Shown: positions 47,050 through 56,625, numbered from the stretch's first letter. The stretch is 64,000 nt of DNA from a bacterium (GCA_040390065.1 JAZJZE010000004.1:32001-96000); one strand, 5' to 3'. A program made the numbers and translations. Notes: generated by a model from the sequence alone, not told the origin.

Positions 47050-47856
47050 GTGGGAGCGACGCGCACCTTCAAGGCGGCCCTGCATGCCGCGTCGCCGCGC
47101 CTGGGCGATGTCGCTGGAAACGTCGAGACCGTGGCCAAGGCCGTCGTGCAAGACGGTGCCCAGTTGGTGGCGTTCCCGGAGATGTTCCTGACCGGCTACG
47201 CCATCGGCGACGATGCCCAGCGTCTGGCATTGCGGCTCGATGATGAGCGGCTCGAGCCGATTCTGAAAGCCTGCCGGAAGGCGAAGGCCCATTGCGTCGT
47301 CGGTGGCCCGCGCACGCCGCGGCCCGGTCTGACGCACAACTCGGCCTTCCTCATCACACCGGGCGGCGAGGTCACCGCGTACGACAAGCGCGCGCTGGCC
47401 ACGTTCACGACGTTCCAGGAAGGCTTGCACTTCCAGCCCGGGCGCACGTCGCCGGTCTGGCAGACGGAGCTCGGCGCCATCGGCATCGGCATCTGCTATG
47501 ACTTGTTCTTCCCGGAATTCTCGCGTCGGCAGGCGCTTGCCGGCGCAGACATCCTTCTGAACATAAGCGCAAGCCCGACCACGAGCCAGCGCTTCTTCGA
47601 AGCCATCCTGCCGGTGCGCGCGATCGAGAACGCGTGCTTCTCCCTGTACAGCAACGTCGTCGGCCCGCAAGATGGGGTCGTCTTCTGGGGTGGCGCCCAA
47701 GCCCACGGCCCCCGCGGCACAATGCTTGCCCGGTCCGAGCCCCTTCAGGAAGGCGTGGCGCACGCCGTGATTGACCTGGACGACCTGGCCCCGGCCCGCG
47801 AATTCCGGCCGACGCTGCGGGACGCACGCCTCGAGGACATCGCGGACCTGCCGTAG
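47050..47856 (+). CDS. Carbon-nitrogen hydrolase (nitrilase superfamily)
   Basis: E-K-C triad: FPEMFLTGY, YDKR, ICYDLFFPE; start 47038 or 47050. Confidence 0.9.
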   Translation: MGATRTFKAALHAASPRLGDVAGNVETVAKAVVQDGAQLVAFPEMFLTGYAIGDDAQRLALRLDDERLEPILKACRKAKAHCVVGGPRTPRPGLTHNSAFLITPGGEVTAYDKRALATFTTFQEGLHFQPGRTSPVWQTELGAIGIGICYDLFFPEFSRRQALAGADILLNISASPTTSQRFFEAILPVRAIENACFSLYSNVVGPQDGVVFWGGAQAHGPRGTMLARSEPLQEGVAHAVIDLDDLAPAREFRPTLRDARLEDIADLP

Positions 47857-48576
47857 ATGCGCGTCATTGCATTGCTCTCCGGGGGAAAGGATTCCGTCTG
47901 CGCGGTTGAGACAGCGCGTGGCTTCGGCTGGGACGTCGTGGCGGGTCTCACGATGGTACCCGTCTCGGACGATGCGTGGATGTTCCACACGCCGAACCTA
48001 CACGTGGTGCGCGGTGTTGCCCAATGTCTTGGCCTCCCGCTCGTCGAATGCCCCGTCGCGGAAGGCCCTGACGAGGAGGTGCGCGGACTCGAACAGGCCC
48101 TGGCCAGTGCCAAGCGGTCCTTCAACCTCGACGGCCTCGTGTCGGGGGCACTTGCATCCGAGTACCAACGCACGCGGTTGGATGCCATTGGCCATCGTAT
48201 CGGCCTGGCGTCGTTCGCACCGCTCTGGCACAAGGCGCCCCTCCCCTACGTCGAGGGCTTGATCGCGGCAGGATACGACATGCGCTTCAGTCGTGTCGCC
48301 GCCGACGGCGTGCCCAACGAGTGGGCCGGGCAACGACTCGATGCCGGCAAGCTTCGCGCTCTCGCGGCGAGCCCCGGCAGGCCGCACGTGGCCGGCGAGG
48401 GCGGTGAATACGAGACGCTCGTCATGGACGCCCCATGCTATGCCCGTCGCCTCGTGGTAGACGCAGCCACGGTCGAGGCGGCGGCAAGTCGCGCGACCTG
48501 GCTTGTCACGTCGTGGCACACCGAAGCGAAGGGCGGGCAGGCGGGACCGGCGCGTCAGCCGGCCAAGGCCGTCTGA
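47857..48576 (+). CDS. dph6: Diphthine-ammonia ligase (Dph6)
   Basis: LLSGGKDS, MFHTPN, GALASEYQ, APLW, GEGGEYET. Confidence 0.9.
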   Translation: MRVIALLSGGKDSVCAVETARGFGWDVVAGLTMVPVSDDAWMFHTPNLHVVRGVAQCLGLPLVECPVAEGPDEEVRGLEQALASAKRSFNLDGLVSGALASEYQRTRLDAIGHRIGLASFAPLWHKAPLPYVEGLIAAGYDMRFSRVAADGVPNEWAGQRLDAGKLRALAASPGRPHVAGEGGEYETLVMDAPCYARRLVVDAATVEAAASRATWLVTSWHTEAKGGQAGPARQPAKAV

Positions 48577-48941
48577 ACGAGGCCGATCAGGGCTTCTGGT
48601 TCGAAGGGCTTCTGGACGATTCGTTCGTGCGATGCGCTGGCGCCCAATTCGCGCACAAGTTCGCGGTCGAACGCCGTGACGATGATGTGCGGAATGCCCG
48701 GGTTCTGTTGGCTGACACGCTGCAGGAACTCGACGCCGTTCATGCCAGGCATGCGGTAGTCGGTGAGGATGAGGTCGATGGCCTGGTTCTGCAGAACCTT
48801 CAGGCCTTGAGGGCCGGACGCGGCGCTGTACACGTGCGCCTTGTCGACGAACGTCTCCAAAAGCGACTGGATGGCCTCGCAGATGTCCGGCTCGTCGTCC
48901 ACGACCAAGATGCTGCGCGCGCCACCCCTGCCCGCTGCCAT
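48555..48941 (-). CDS. Stand-alone response regulator receiver domain
   Basis: ILVVDDE, LILTDYRMPGMNG, VTA, KPF. Confidence 0.9.
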   Translation of the reverse strand: MAAGRGGARSILVVDDEPDICEAIQSLLETFVDKAHVYSAASGPQGLKVLQNQAIDLILTDYRMPGMNGVEFLQRVSQQNPGIPHIIVTAFDRELVRELGASASHERIVQKPFEPEALIGLVQTALAG

Positions 48942-48998
48942 GGCCTGGAGGAGGAGGTGCAAGGACATACGGCTCAGAGTGTCACCCCGGGTCCTGGT

Positions 48999-49430
48999 CT
49001 AAAGCGTTGAGGGTCGGGCCGTTGTAGCCACATCGCGGAGGACAACGCCGGAGAGCGCCTCCTCGACGTCGCGCAGCAAGCCCTCCGGACCGAACGGTTT
49101 TTGCAAAAGCAGCGTGCCAGGCAGGACGTCCGCCAATTCCGCCATCGCTTCGTCGAAGAAAGCGGTGACCATGATGTGCTGCACGCCCGGCCATCGCCGT
49201 TGCGCCACGGCGAGGAACTGCACGCCATTCATGCCTTGCATGCGGAAATCCGTGACGATCAAGTCCACGTGCGCCGTGTTCATGAGCGCCAGCGCCTCAG
49301 GCCCCGAGGCGGCCAAGAGGACCCGGATGTCCGCCATCTCCTCGGCCAGGAGTCCGCCAATCGCTTCCCGTACGTCCTCGTCGTCGTCCACGACCAGGAT
49401 CGTGCGACGTTTTCGGTGGCTTCGACTCAT
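48999..49430 (-). CDS. Stand-alone response regulator receiver domain (tandem paralog)
   Basis: ILVVDDD, LIVTDFRMQGMNG, VTA, KPF. Confidence 0.9.
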   Translation of the reverse strand: MSRSHRKRRTILVVDDDEDVREAIGGLLAEEMADIRVLLAASGPEALALMNTAHVDLIVTDFRMQGMNGVQFLAVAQRRWPGVQHIMVTAFFDEAMAELADVLPGTLLLQKPFGPEGLLRDVEEALSGVVLRDVATTARPSTL

Positions 49431-49570
49431 CTCATGCCCTGCCTGCTTGCAGGATTAGAAGCCAGGGTCCACTAAAGGCTTCAGGAAGTGCCATTGCTTG
49501 CCGCGACCGAAGATTGGCGATGCGGCCACCTTGGCCCTTAAGATGGGCAGGCCCTCATGGCCGAAGGACA

Positions 49571-49807
49571 ATGGTGGCCCCTACCCTGTACCAGTTCGCC
49601 GAGTGCCACGAGTGCGGCGCCGTCCGCCGCCTGCTGCGCCAGTACGGCGTCGCCTTCGAAGCAGTGACCTTGCCGGCGGGCGACAAGTCGCTGGTGCGGG
49701 CCAAGTTTGCCAGCCAATCCGTACCGGTCCTGGTGCACGGCCCCTTCCGCAGCAACGACCTTGGCGAAATCCTGCGCCACGTCGAGGCCACGTACGGCGC
49801 CCGTTAG
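49571..49807 (+). CDS. Glutaredoxin/GST-N-like small thiol protein
   Basis: LYQFAECHEC (CxxC), SVPVL. Confidence 0.78.
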   Translation: MVAPTLYQFAECHECGAVRRLLRQYGVAFEAVTLPAGDKSLVRAKFASQSVPVLVHGPFRSNDLGEILRHVEATYGAR

Positions 49808-50748
49808 GCCGGTCGCAGGACGACGCGGTCCACCATCAAGGCGATGAGCAGGACACCCAAGTACTGGATCGTGAAGAAGAAGAAGCTGCGGTACGCTTGT
49901 GGCGTGTGCCGCCGCAGCATCTTGACGGAGCGCAGGACGAGGACCGCGCCCAGGATGACGGCAACACCGAGGTAGAGCCAGCCGGCGGCGCGCAGGCCCG
50001 GCCCCCCTACGCCGGGGACGGCCAGGACGAGGGACCCGAGAAGTGTCAATGCGCTGTAGACGACGATCTGTCGGCGGGTCGAGGGTTCGCCGCGCACGTT
50101 TGGCATCATCGGGTAATCGGCGGCCCCGTAGTCGTCCTTGTACAGCAGGGCAAGCGCCCAGAAGTGGGCGGGTGTCCAAAGGAAGACGAGCAGGGCCAGC
50201 ACCAGGGCCGGCGCCACGGCGGGCCACGCGAGGCTGTTGGTCGCCGCGGTCCAGCCAATCACGGCCGGGAACGAACCGGCCAGGCCACCAATCACGATGT
50301 TCTGTGGTGTCGTCGGCTTCAGGAGGACCGTGTAGATGACGACGTAGTAGGCGATGGCACCCACCGTGAATGCCGCGGCGAGCCAGAGCTGCAGGACCGC
50401 AAGGCAGGCAAACGACAACGCGGCCATGACGGCGGCGTACGTGACGGCATGGCGCACCGACAGCCGGCCGGACGCCACGGGGCGCGTGCTCGTGCGCTTC
50501 ATGCGCGCATCGCGGTGGCGCTCCACGACGTTGTTGAGGGCCCCCGACGAGGCGACGCTGAAGGTGCCGGCGAGGGTCACGGCGACAAACGGCTTCCAGG
50601 CGGGCCAGCCTGCGTACGCAACGAACATTGCGGCCCACGCGACGATGAGGAGGAGGAGCAGGATGCGGGGCTTCGAAATCTGGACATAATCCGCGACGAC
50701 GGAACGCATGGCCCGCGCTGGCGCCGCGACGGGTCCCTCAACGCCCAT
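49804..50748 (-). CDS. ctaB: Protoheme IX farnesyltransferase (heme O synthase)
   Basis: SKPRI, N...ERHRDARMKRT..RP, LKPTTPQNIVIGG, WTPAHFWAL. Confidence 0.95.
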   Translation of the reverse strand: MGVEGPVAAPARAMRSVVADYVQISKPRILLLLLIVAWAAMFVAYAGWPAWKPFVAVTLAGTFSVASSGALNNVVERHRDARMKRTSTRPVASGRLSVRHAVTYAAVMAALSFACLAVLQLWLAAAFTVGAIAYYVVIYTVLLKPTTPQNIVIGGLAGSFPAVIGWTAATNSLAWPAVAPALVLALLVFLWTPAHFWALALLYKDDYGAADYPMMPNVRGEPSTRRQIVVYSALTLLGSLVLAVPGVGGPGLRAAGWLYLGVAVILGAVLVLRSVKMLRRHTPQAYRSFFFFTIQYLGVLLIALMVDRVVLRPA

Positions 50749-51397
50749 GGGGTTCCTCGGGCTGGCCTTCGCCAGGGAAGGGCCCGGCCGGCTCTGGATT
50801 GGGTGCGGCCGCGTCGCCAGCTTGCGGATATGTGAAGCCTCGGCTCGCCGAGTGCACGGAGGGCGTGAAGCGGTACTCGACCTTGCGGCGCACCGGTGCG
50901 GGCGGCTTCAGGTAGGCGTAGCACGTGGCCACGGTGAGCGTGACGAGAAGCAGCGTCGCGTTCAGGAGGTGCCACGTCGTCGCCCACGGCGGGTTGGCGG
51001 GCCGCACGAGGACGGTGATGGCGCCGAGCACCGCTTGGAACAGATACAGTCCCAGGGCGACGGCGGGCAGGACACGCATCGGCGTGGAGAAGTTGCGGCT
51101 CGCGGCGGCGACGATGGCAAACGCAAGGATGGGGATGAAGGCCACGCTGACGACGGCGCGGTGGGCCCACTCGTACAGTTCCTGCGATTCCGTGAAGGCG
51201 ATGGGGTTGCCGTTGTACGTGTCGCCGTTGTTCGCTGATGGGAAGGGCGGAAGCCACTTGCCGTAGCAGGCTGGCCAGTCCGGGCAGGCGGCGCCGGCGC
51301 CGTTGGCCTTCACCCAGGCGCCCAGGGTCATGAGGAGCACGACGAGGAGGACGCTCGCCAAGCCAAGTCGGCGCACCCACGTCACCCGGCGGTCCAT
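50738..51397 (-). CDS. ctaA: Heme A synthase, compact half-size (4-TM) type
   Basis: GAACPDWPAC, EWAHR, QAVLGAITV, WHL. Confidence 0.88.
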   Translation of the reverse strand: MDRRVTWVRRLGLASVLLVVLLMTLGAWVKANGAGAACPDWPACYGKWLPPFPSANNGDTYNGNPIAFTESQELYEWAHRAVVSVAFIPILAFAIVAAASRNFSTPMRVLPAVALGLYLFQAVLGAITVLVRPANPPWATTWHLLNATLLLVTLTVATCYAYLKPPAPVRRKVEYRFTPSVHSASRGFTYPQAGDAAAPNPEPAGPFPGEGQPEEPHGR

Positions 51398-51450
51398 GGT
51401 TCCGGGACGCAGGATGGCTTCGATATGAAACTTGGGGAGCGGCGCTTGCC

Positions 51451-52458
51451 CTACGGTTGGCGCTGGAACGTCTGGTTCATGGCGGTCTCTGCGATGTCGA
51501 CGGCGTAGCCGCGCGTGCGGTCGATGGAGTCCGCGATGAGTGTCAGTGACCCGACGAGGTCCGGGTGCATCTGGCCAAGCAGGCTTGGGAACTTGGCACG
51601 CCATGCGGCGGCGGCCTCGCCCGCGTCGGCGGCACGGCTTGCTTGGTCGAAGTCGGGCTTCTTGAGCGAGGCGAAGGCGTCCTCCCAGATGCCGCGCACG
51701 ACGTCGGCTTGGGCGACGAGCGCCTCGAGGACGGGCTTTGGCGCTGCGCCCTTCCCCATGGCCAGCAGGTTGTTCGCAATCTTCGTCGCGTGATCGCCCA
51801 TGCGTTCGACGCTGCGGGCGGCGAGGAAGAGATTCAGCGCTTCGGCCGGCCGTACGTTGAGGTTGGCGGCCAGGCGGGGCTGTTCGAGGAGTGCGTGCAT
51901 CTGCTTGGAGACCATCCAGAGCAGTCTGTCGAGTTCGTCGTCGCGCTCCACGACGCTGCGGGCGGTGGCGGCGTCGCCGGCCTTGAGTGCGCCCACGGCG
52001 TCGTCGTACATGAGGCGGGCGATGCGGTGCATGCGCGTCAGCGTCTTGCGCAGGTCCATGTCGCTGACACCGACCAGGTCGTGCAGGGTGAGGCTTCCCG
52101 CGGATTCTTCGAGGATCTCCATGCCGATGAGCGCCCGGGTGACGTTGCGAACCTGCGTCTTGGTCTTGGCGTCCATCTTGGGGCCGGTCTTGACGACGAT
52201 TTCCTGCGCGCCGGCGAGGTAGGCCCCGACGAGGCGGCGCACGACGTCTTCGGGTGGCCCGCCCGGGGCGAGGTCGACGGCGATGGAGCGGCCGGCGGCT
52301 TTCGCTTCGCCGTGCGGAATCAGGAGGAGCGAGCCATCGGGTTCTTCGTGGATGGCGATGGGGTCGCTGCGGCCCAGGCGGTTGCGGTCAATCCACTTCT
52401 TGGGGAGGCTGACGACGTGCGTCGACCCGCCAGTGACCTGGATTTTCCGTAGTTCCAT
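51451..52458 (-). CDS. phoU: Archaeal phosphate uptake regulator (AbrB-like N-terminal domain + PhoU domains)
   Basis: MELRKIQVTGGST.VVSLPKKW, AYLAG, RDDELDRL, ERMGDHA. Confidence 0.92.
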   Translation of the reverse strand: MELRKIQVTGGSTHVVSLPKKWIDRNRLGRSDPIAIHEEPDGSLLLIPHGEAKAAGRSIAVDLAPGGPPEDVVRRLVGAYLAGAQEIVVKTGPKMDAKTKTQVRNVTRALIGMEILEESAGSLTLHDLVGVSDMDLRKTLTRMHRIARLMYDDAVGALKAGDAATARSVVERDDELDRLLWMVSKQMHALLEQPRLAANLNVRPAEALNLFLAARSVERMGDHATKIANNLLAMGKGAAPKPVLEALVAQADVVRGIWEDAFASLKKPDFDQASRAADAGEAAAAWRAKFPSLLGQMHPDLVGSLTLIADSIDRTRGYAVDIAETAMNQTFQRQP

Positions 52459-52497
52459 GAGGTCTCATTCTCCTGAGGGGGAAAGAGGATTGGAACA

Positions 52498-52509
52498 GTG
52501 TCTATATAG
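52498..52509. promoter_or_regulatory. Candidate Pho box, copy upstream of the phoU regulator
   Basis: GTGTCTATATAG; 10/12 match to GTTTCTCTATAG. Confidence 0.4.
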
Positions 52510-52573
52510 AATATAGTGATGCTGGGGGCTTCGAAGAAGAGGAGGGGAGAAGGGGAAAGGGAACGGGGCCGCC

Positions 52574-53770
52574 CTAGACCGTAATCATCGACAAGGCCCG
52601 GTCGCCGATGGCCACAACCTTCGCCGGCAACGGCGCGTAGCCGAGAGCCTGCGGGTAGTCGACCTGGCCGTCGTGCAGGTCCCAGTACAGCCAAGCCTTG
52701 AGGCCGTTCAGCTGGTCCGCCGTCGCCTTGCCGCCGTAGGAGGCGAGGCTGCTGTAGACCAAGATGTAGCTGAAGCTCGAGATTGGGTAGGCGCCGTCTG
52801 CCGGCGAGTTCACGATGCTGACCGCCGACCAGTCGCCGTCGGGCGCCGGAAGGGAGTCCGCCGCAGCCTCGGCGGCCTTGGACGCGCCCTCGGCCGTGGG
52901 CCCGACCCACTGGCCCTTGCTGTTCTGCAGCGTCGCGGCCTTGAGGCTCAGCTTCTGCACGTAGGCGAGGTCCACGTAGCCGATGCTGTTGCTCGTGGAC
53001 TTGACGGTCGAGCCGACGCCGTCGTTGCCGGCCTGGCCGCCGACTTGGTAGGCCGTGCTCTTTCCGGTCCAGTCCGGTTTGGACGAGGCCGACGGGCTCA
53101 CCTTGTTGGCAAACGCCGGCGACATCTTCGCCAAGGCGTCCGTGAAGGCGAAGGTCGTGCCGCTCGAGTCGCTGCGGTAGACGATGCCGATCGTCGCCGA
53201 CGGCAGAAGCGATGCCACATCGGGGTTGAGGGTCTTGATCGCGTTGTCATCCCACTTGCCGATGTTGCCGGCGAAGATTTGGCCCACGACGTCGACTGTG
53301 AGGTGGACCCCGTTGGGCAGGCCGTCCACGTTGTAGACGACGGCCACCGGACCAATCGTGTCCGGGAAGTGCAGGATGCCCGGCGCGTTGGCCTTCTCCG
53401 TCGCGCTCATCGGGGCATCGCTACCTGCGAACTGCACGAGCTTGGCCGTGATGTCGGCGCGACCCTTGCCGGAGCCGCCGCCGTTGTAGCCGACTTGGAC
53501 GGACGAGTGCTCCTGGTTGAAGCCGATGGCCCAAGCGTCGATGATGGGCTTGGGGAATGTGGCGCCCGAGCCGGTGATCGAGGTCTGGCTCGACGGGATC
53601 GGGTACGGGTTGGTGCTTGGCGCGGGCGGCGGAGGCGGCGGCGCGACCGGCGTGTTCGGGTGCGTCGTCGTCTCGGATGGCGTCGTGCTGGAGGTAGTGG
53701 TTGTGCCAGAGCAGCCGGCCAGCAGGAGGCCGGCGATGGCAAGCAGGGCGATGAGGTGGTTGGTCTTCAT
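52574..53770 (-). CDS. pstS: Phosphate ABC transporter substrate-binding lipoprotein
   Basis: Lipobox; GSGATFP, GSGKG, FAGSD, RSDSSGTT, YPISSFSY. Confidence 0.96.
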   Translation of the reverse strand: MKTNHLIALLAIAGLLLAGCSGTTTTSSTTPSETTTHPNTPVAPPPPPPAPSTNPYPIPSSQTSITGSGATFPKPIIDAWAIGFNQEHSSVQVGYNGGGSGKGRADITAKLVQFAGSDAPMSATEKANAPGILHFPDTIGPVAVVYNVDGLPNGVHLTVDVVGQIFAGNIGKWDDNAIKTLNPDVASLLPSATIGIVYRSDSSGTTFAFTDALAKMSPAFANKVSPSASSKPDWTGKSTAYQVGGQAGNDGVGSTVKSTSNSIGYVDLAYVQKLSLKAATLQNSKGQWVGPTAEGASKAAEAAADSLPAPDGDWSAVSIVNSPADGAYPISSFSYILVYSSLASYGGKATADQLNGLKAWLYWDLHDGQVDYPQALGYAPLPAKVVAIGDRALSMITV

Positions 53771-53830
53771 GGGTTTCCTCGGGTGCGATTTGGGCTTCGA
53801 TTCATTTCATGGCGACGCGTGTAGACTCTG

Positions 53831-53842
53831 GTTTCTCTATAG
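53831..53842. promoter_or_regulatory. Candidate Pho box upstream of pstS
   Basis: GTTTCTCTATAG, identical to the copy at 55171. Confidence 0.5.
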
Positions 53843-53844
53843 TC

Positions 53845-55083
53845 TCACATCCGGCGGCGCAGCAGCAGGGCCACGACGCAGAGGGCGCCGACGAGGACGA
53901 CGGGGTCCAGGGCCGGAGTGCGGGCCAGCACCGGTTGGGCGGCCGCCGTGTGCGGGGCGTCCGACTTCGCTTCGAGGGCATCGATGCGAGCCTGCAGGGT
54001 CGCGATGGTCGCCGCCGTGTCGGGGCCAGCCACGTTCGCCAGGCCAGCGGGGGCGTCCGCCGGCTTCACCGAGACGACTTGGAACACGTCGTTGACGGCG
54101 AGTTCGACGCTGCCCGAGATGTCGGCGGGGATGGTGAACGAGACCAGCACGTTTGCCTTGTCGGTCGGCGACAGAAGCGGCGTCAGGCGCGCATCGACGA
54201 TGCGGTCGGCGATCTTCGTCACCAGGAGGCCGACGCCCATCCAGGCGCCGTTGTTCTGCACGGGCACGATGATGGAGACCTGCTGTCCGGCCTGCATCAT
54301 GGCCGCGTTGCCGAGGGTGATGCCCAGGGCCACGACGTTCGGCTGCAGCGACGCCGCGTTGCTGAGGCGGATGCTGTTGACGGGGATGGCGGTGTTCTTC
54401 GTGACGGCGCCGTTGGCCGGGGCCGCGGCGGCCGGGACGAGGTACCAGATCTTGTCGTCGCGCTGCACGAGGGTCATCGTGACGGTCTTGGCCTGCGCGC
54501 TCGAGGTCACCGCGTCTGCGTCGCTGGGCTTGACGAAGGTGCCGCCGATGCCGCCGTTGGTGGGCGAGATGCGCAGCGTCCAGTCGCCCGCGACCACCGG
54601 CAGGAGGGTCGTGCCGGCGAAGTTCTTGGCGTAGACCGCTTCGCCCTTGCCGAACGAGCCGCTTGCGTCCGCGTCTGCGTAGACGAAGGTCACCGGGCCC
54701 GTGACTGCGATGGCGTTGACGGCGGGGGAGACGAGCTTGTCCGCACTGTCCACAAGGCTGCCGGCCATCTTGCCGATGGCGTCGCAGCTGCTGGCGTGGA
54801 GGTCGGCCAGTTGGATGCCGGCCGTGCCGGAGGTATCGAAGACGACGCAATCGGCCTGGGGGTTGCCCGAGCCGTCCAGGTTCACCATCGAGTAGGTGAC
54901 GGCGATGGCGTCCTTCTTCGTGAGGGGGGCGTAGTCGAAGTCGCCCGCGCGCACTTGCGTGCCGAAGGGGCCGACCTGGACCTGCGCGGTTGCGGGCCCT
55001 GCGAGGATGGAGGAAGCGAGGAGGAGTGCGGCACATGCCATGAGGATGGGGGCCGTTGTTCGGGGTGCGGGCGTGGATTGCAT
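53845..55083 (-). CDS. Surface protein with internal G[TS]xVxxxD repeats, Ig-like domain, coiled coil and C-terminal anchor
   Basis: Signal peptide; GTQVRAGDFD / GSLVDSADK / GTFVKPSDAD; DADASG; IATLQARIDALEAK; TPALDP + TM + RRR. Confidence 0.78.
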   Translation of the reverse strand: MQSTPAPRTTAPILMACAALLLASSILAGPATAQVQVGPFGTQVRAGDFDYAPLTKKDAIAVTYSMVNLDGSGNPQADCVVFDTSGTAGIQLADLHASSCDAIGKMAGSLVDSADKLVSPAVNAIAVTGPVTFVYADADASGSFGKGEAVYAKNFAGTTLLPVVAGDWTLRISPTNGGIGGTFVKPSDADAVTSSAQAKTVTMTLVQRDDKIWYLVPAAAAPANGAVTKNTAIPVNSIRLSNAASLQPNVVALGITLGNAAMMQAGQQVSIIVPVQNNGAWMGVGLLVTKIADRIVDARLTPLLSPTDKANVLVSFTIPADISGSVELAVNDVFQVVSVKPADAPAGLANVAGPDTAATIATLQARIDALEAKSDAPHTAAAQPVLARTPALDPVVLVGALCVVALLLRRRM

Positions 55084-55170
55084 GTCGTTCCCGAGCCGAC
55101 CAGCGAGACGGGGTCCATCATGGTTCTCGACAGAGACTGCGGAATTGTCGGTGAACAACGCCACAATCTT

Positions 55171-55182
55171 GTTTCTCTATAG
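55171..55182. promoter_or_regulatory. Candidate Pho box in the divergent promoter between the surface protein gene and pstB
   Basis: GTTTCTCTATAG. Confidence 0.5.
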
Positions 55183-55218
55183 GCAACCTAGTTGTCTCGG
55201 GCGGAGGTCGCGCGCATC

Positions 55219-55977
55219 GTGCAGGCGAGGTCCATCCACGTGCAAGGGTTGAACCTGCACTACGGCAAGACCCACGCCTTGAAATCCGTCAGCCTGGACA
55301 TCCCGGAACGCCAGGTCACGGCCGTCATCGGGCCGTCCGGCTGCGGCAAGTCGACGTTCCTGCGCACCCTCAACCGCATGAACGACACCATCCCCGGCGT
55401 GCGCGTCGAGGGCGACGTGCGCATCGGCGAGCGCAGCCTCTACGGCAACGGCGTCGACGTGGTCGAACTGCGCCGCGACGTCGGCATGGTGTTCCAGAAG
55501 CCCAACCCGTTCCCGACGTCGATTCGCAACAACGTCCTCTTCGGGCCGCGTCTGCATCGGCGCCTCAGTGCCAGCGAGAAGGACGAACTGGTCGAGTCCG
55601 CACTCCGACACGCCGCCCTGTGGGACGAGGTGCGCGACCGTCTGGACAAGGATGCGACCATGCTCTCCGGCGGCCAGCAGCAACGCCTCTGCATCGCCCG
55701 CGCCTTGGCCGTGGAACCCGGCGTCCTGCTGATGGACGAGCCTGCCTCGGCCCTCGACCCGCTGGCCACGGCCAAGATCGAGGACCTCATCCGCGACCTG
55801 CGGCGCGAACTCACCGTCGTCATCGTCACGCACAACATGCAGCAGGCGGCGCGCGTGTCCGACCACACGGCGTTCTTCTACATGGGCGAACTCGTCGAAT
55901 ACGGCGCCACGAAGCAGATCTTCGAGAATCCCGCCAACAAGCGCACGGAAGACTACGTGACAGGACGGTTCGGATGA
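55219..55977 (+). CDS. pstB: Phosphate ABC transporter ATP-binding protein
   Basis: [37 protein letters not shown]; GGAGGT upstream of GTG (alternative start 55192). Confidence 0.96.
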   Translation: MQARSIHVQGLNLHYGKTHALKSVSLDIPERQVTAVIGPSGCGKSTFLRTLNRMNDTIPGVRVEGDVRIGERSLYGNGVDVVELRRDVGMVFQKPNPFPTSIRNNVLFGPRLHRRLSASEKDELVESALRHAALWDEVRDRLDKDATMLSGGQQQRLCIARALAVEPGVLLMDEPASALDPLATAKIEDLIRDLRRELTVVIVTHNMQQAARVSDHTAFFYMGELVEYGATKQIFENPANKRTEDYVTGRFG

Positions 55978-56624
55978 CCCGCGAATTCCATTCCAGGCTC
56001 GAAGAGATTGAAGGCCGCGTCGTCGCCATGGCGGCGCTGGCCAAGGAGAACGTCAGGCAAGGCGTCGAGGCCCTCATGAGCCTGGACGAGCAGCGCGCCA
56101 ACGAGGTGCGCCACCGCGGCGAGCAGCTCAACCGCATGGACGTCGAACTGGAGCGCGACCTGCTCGACCTCCTGGCGCTGCACCAGCCCGTGGCGAAGGA
56201 CTTGCGGGCCATTGGGGCCAGCCTGAAGATCATCACCTACCTCGACCGGATTGGTCGCTACGGCTACGACATCGCCAACGCCGCCTTGGCGCTCAAGGAC
56301 AAGGAGCCGGTGCGCCGGCCGCCGACCTTCCCCCTCATGGCTGACCGCGCCACGGCGATGCTGGACCAAGCCATGCAGGCGTACCGCGAACACGACGCGA
56401 CCAAGGCCCGCCTGGTGCGGCCGCAGGACGAGGAGGTCGACGCCCTGGACGACCAGATCTTCCGCCAGTGCGTCACCTACATGATGGAGGACGCCCGCGC
56501 CATCGGGGCCTGTTCGCACTTCATCCTCGTATCGCGGCACCTCGAGCGCGTCGGCGACAACGCATGCAAGATCGCCGAGAAGGTCCTGTACATGGTCACA
56601 GGCGAGCGCCGCCTGCAGGTGTAG
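55974..56624 (+). CDS. phoU: Phosphate signaling protein PhoU
   Basis: [29 protein letters not shown]. Confidence 0.93.
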   Translation: MTREFHSRLEEIEGRVVAMAALAKENVRQGVEALMSLDEQRANEVRHRGEQLNRMDVELERDLLDLLALHQPVAKDLRAIGASLKIITYLDRIGRYGYDIANAALALKDKEPVRRPPTFPLMADRATAMLDQAMQAYREHDATKARLVRPQDEEVDALDDQIFRQCVTYMMEDARAIGACSHFILVSRHLERVGDNACKIAEKVLYMVTGERRLQV

Positions 56625-56625
56625 A

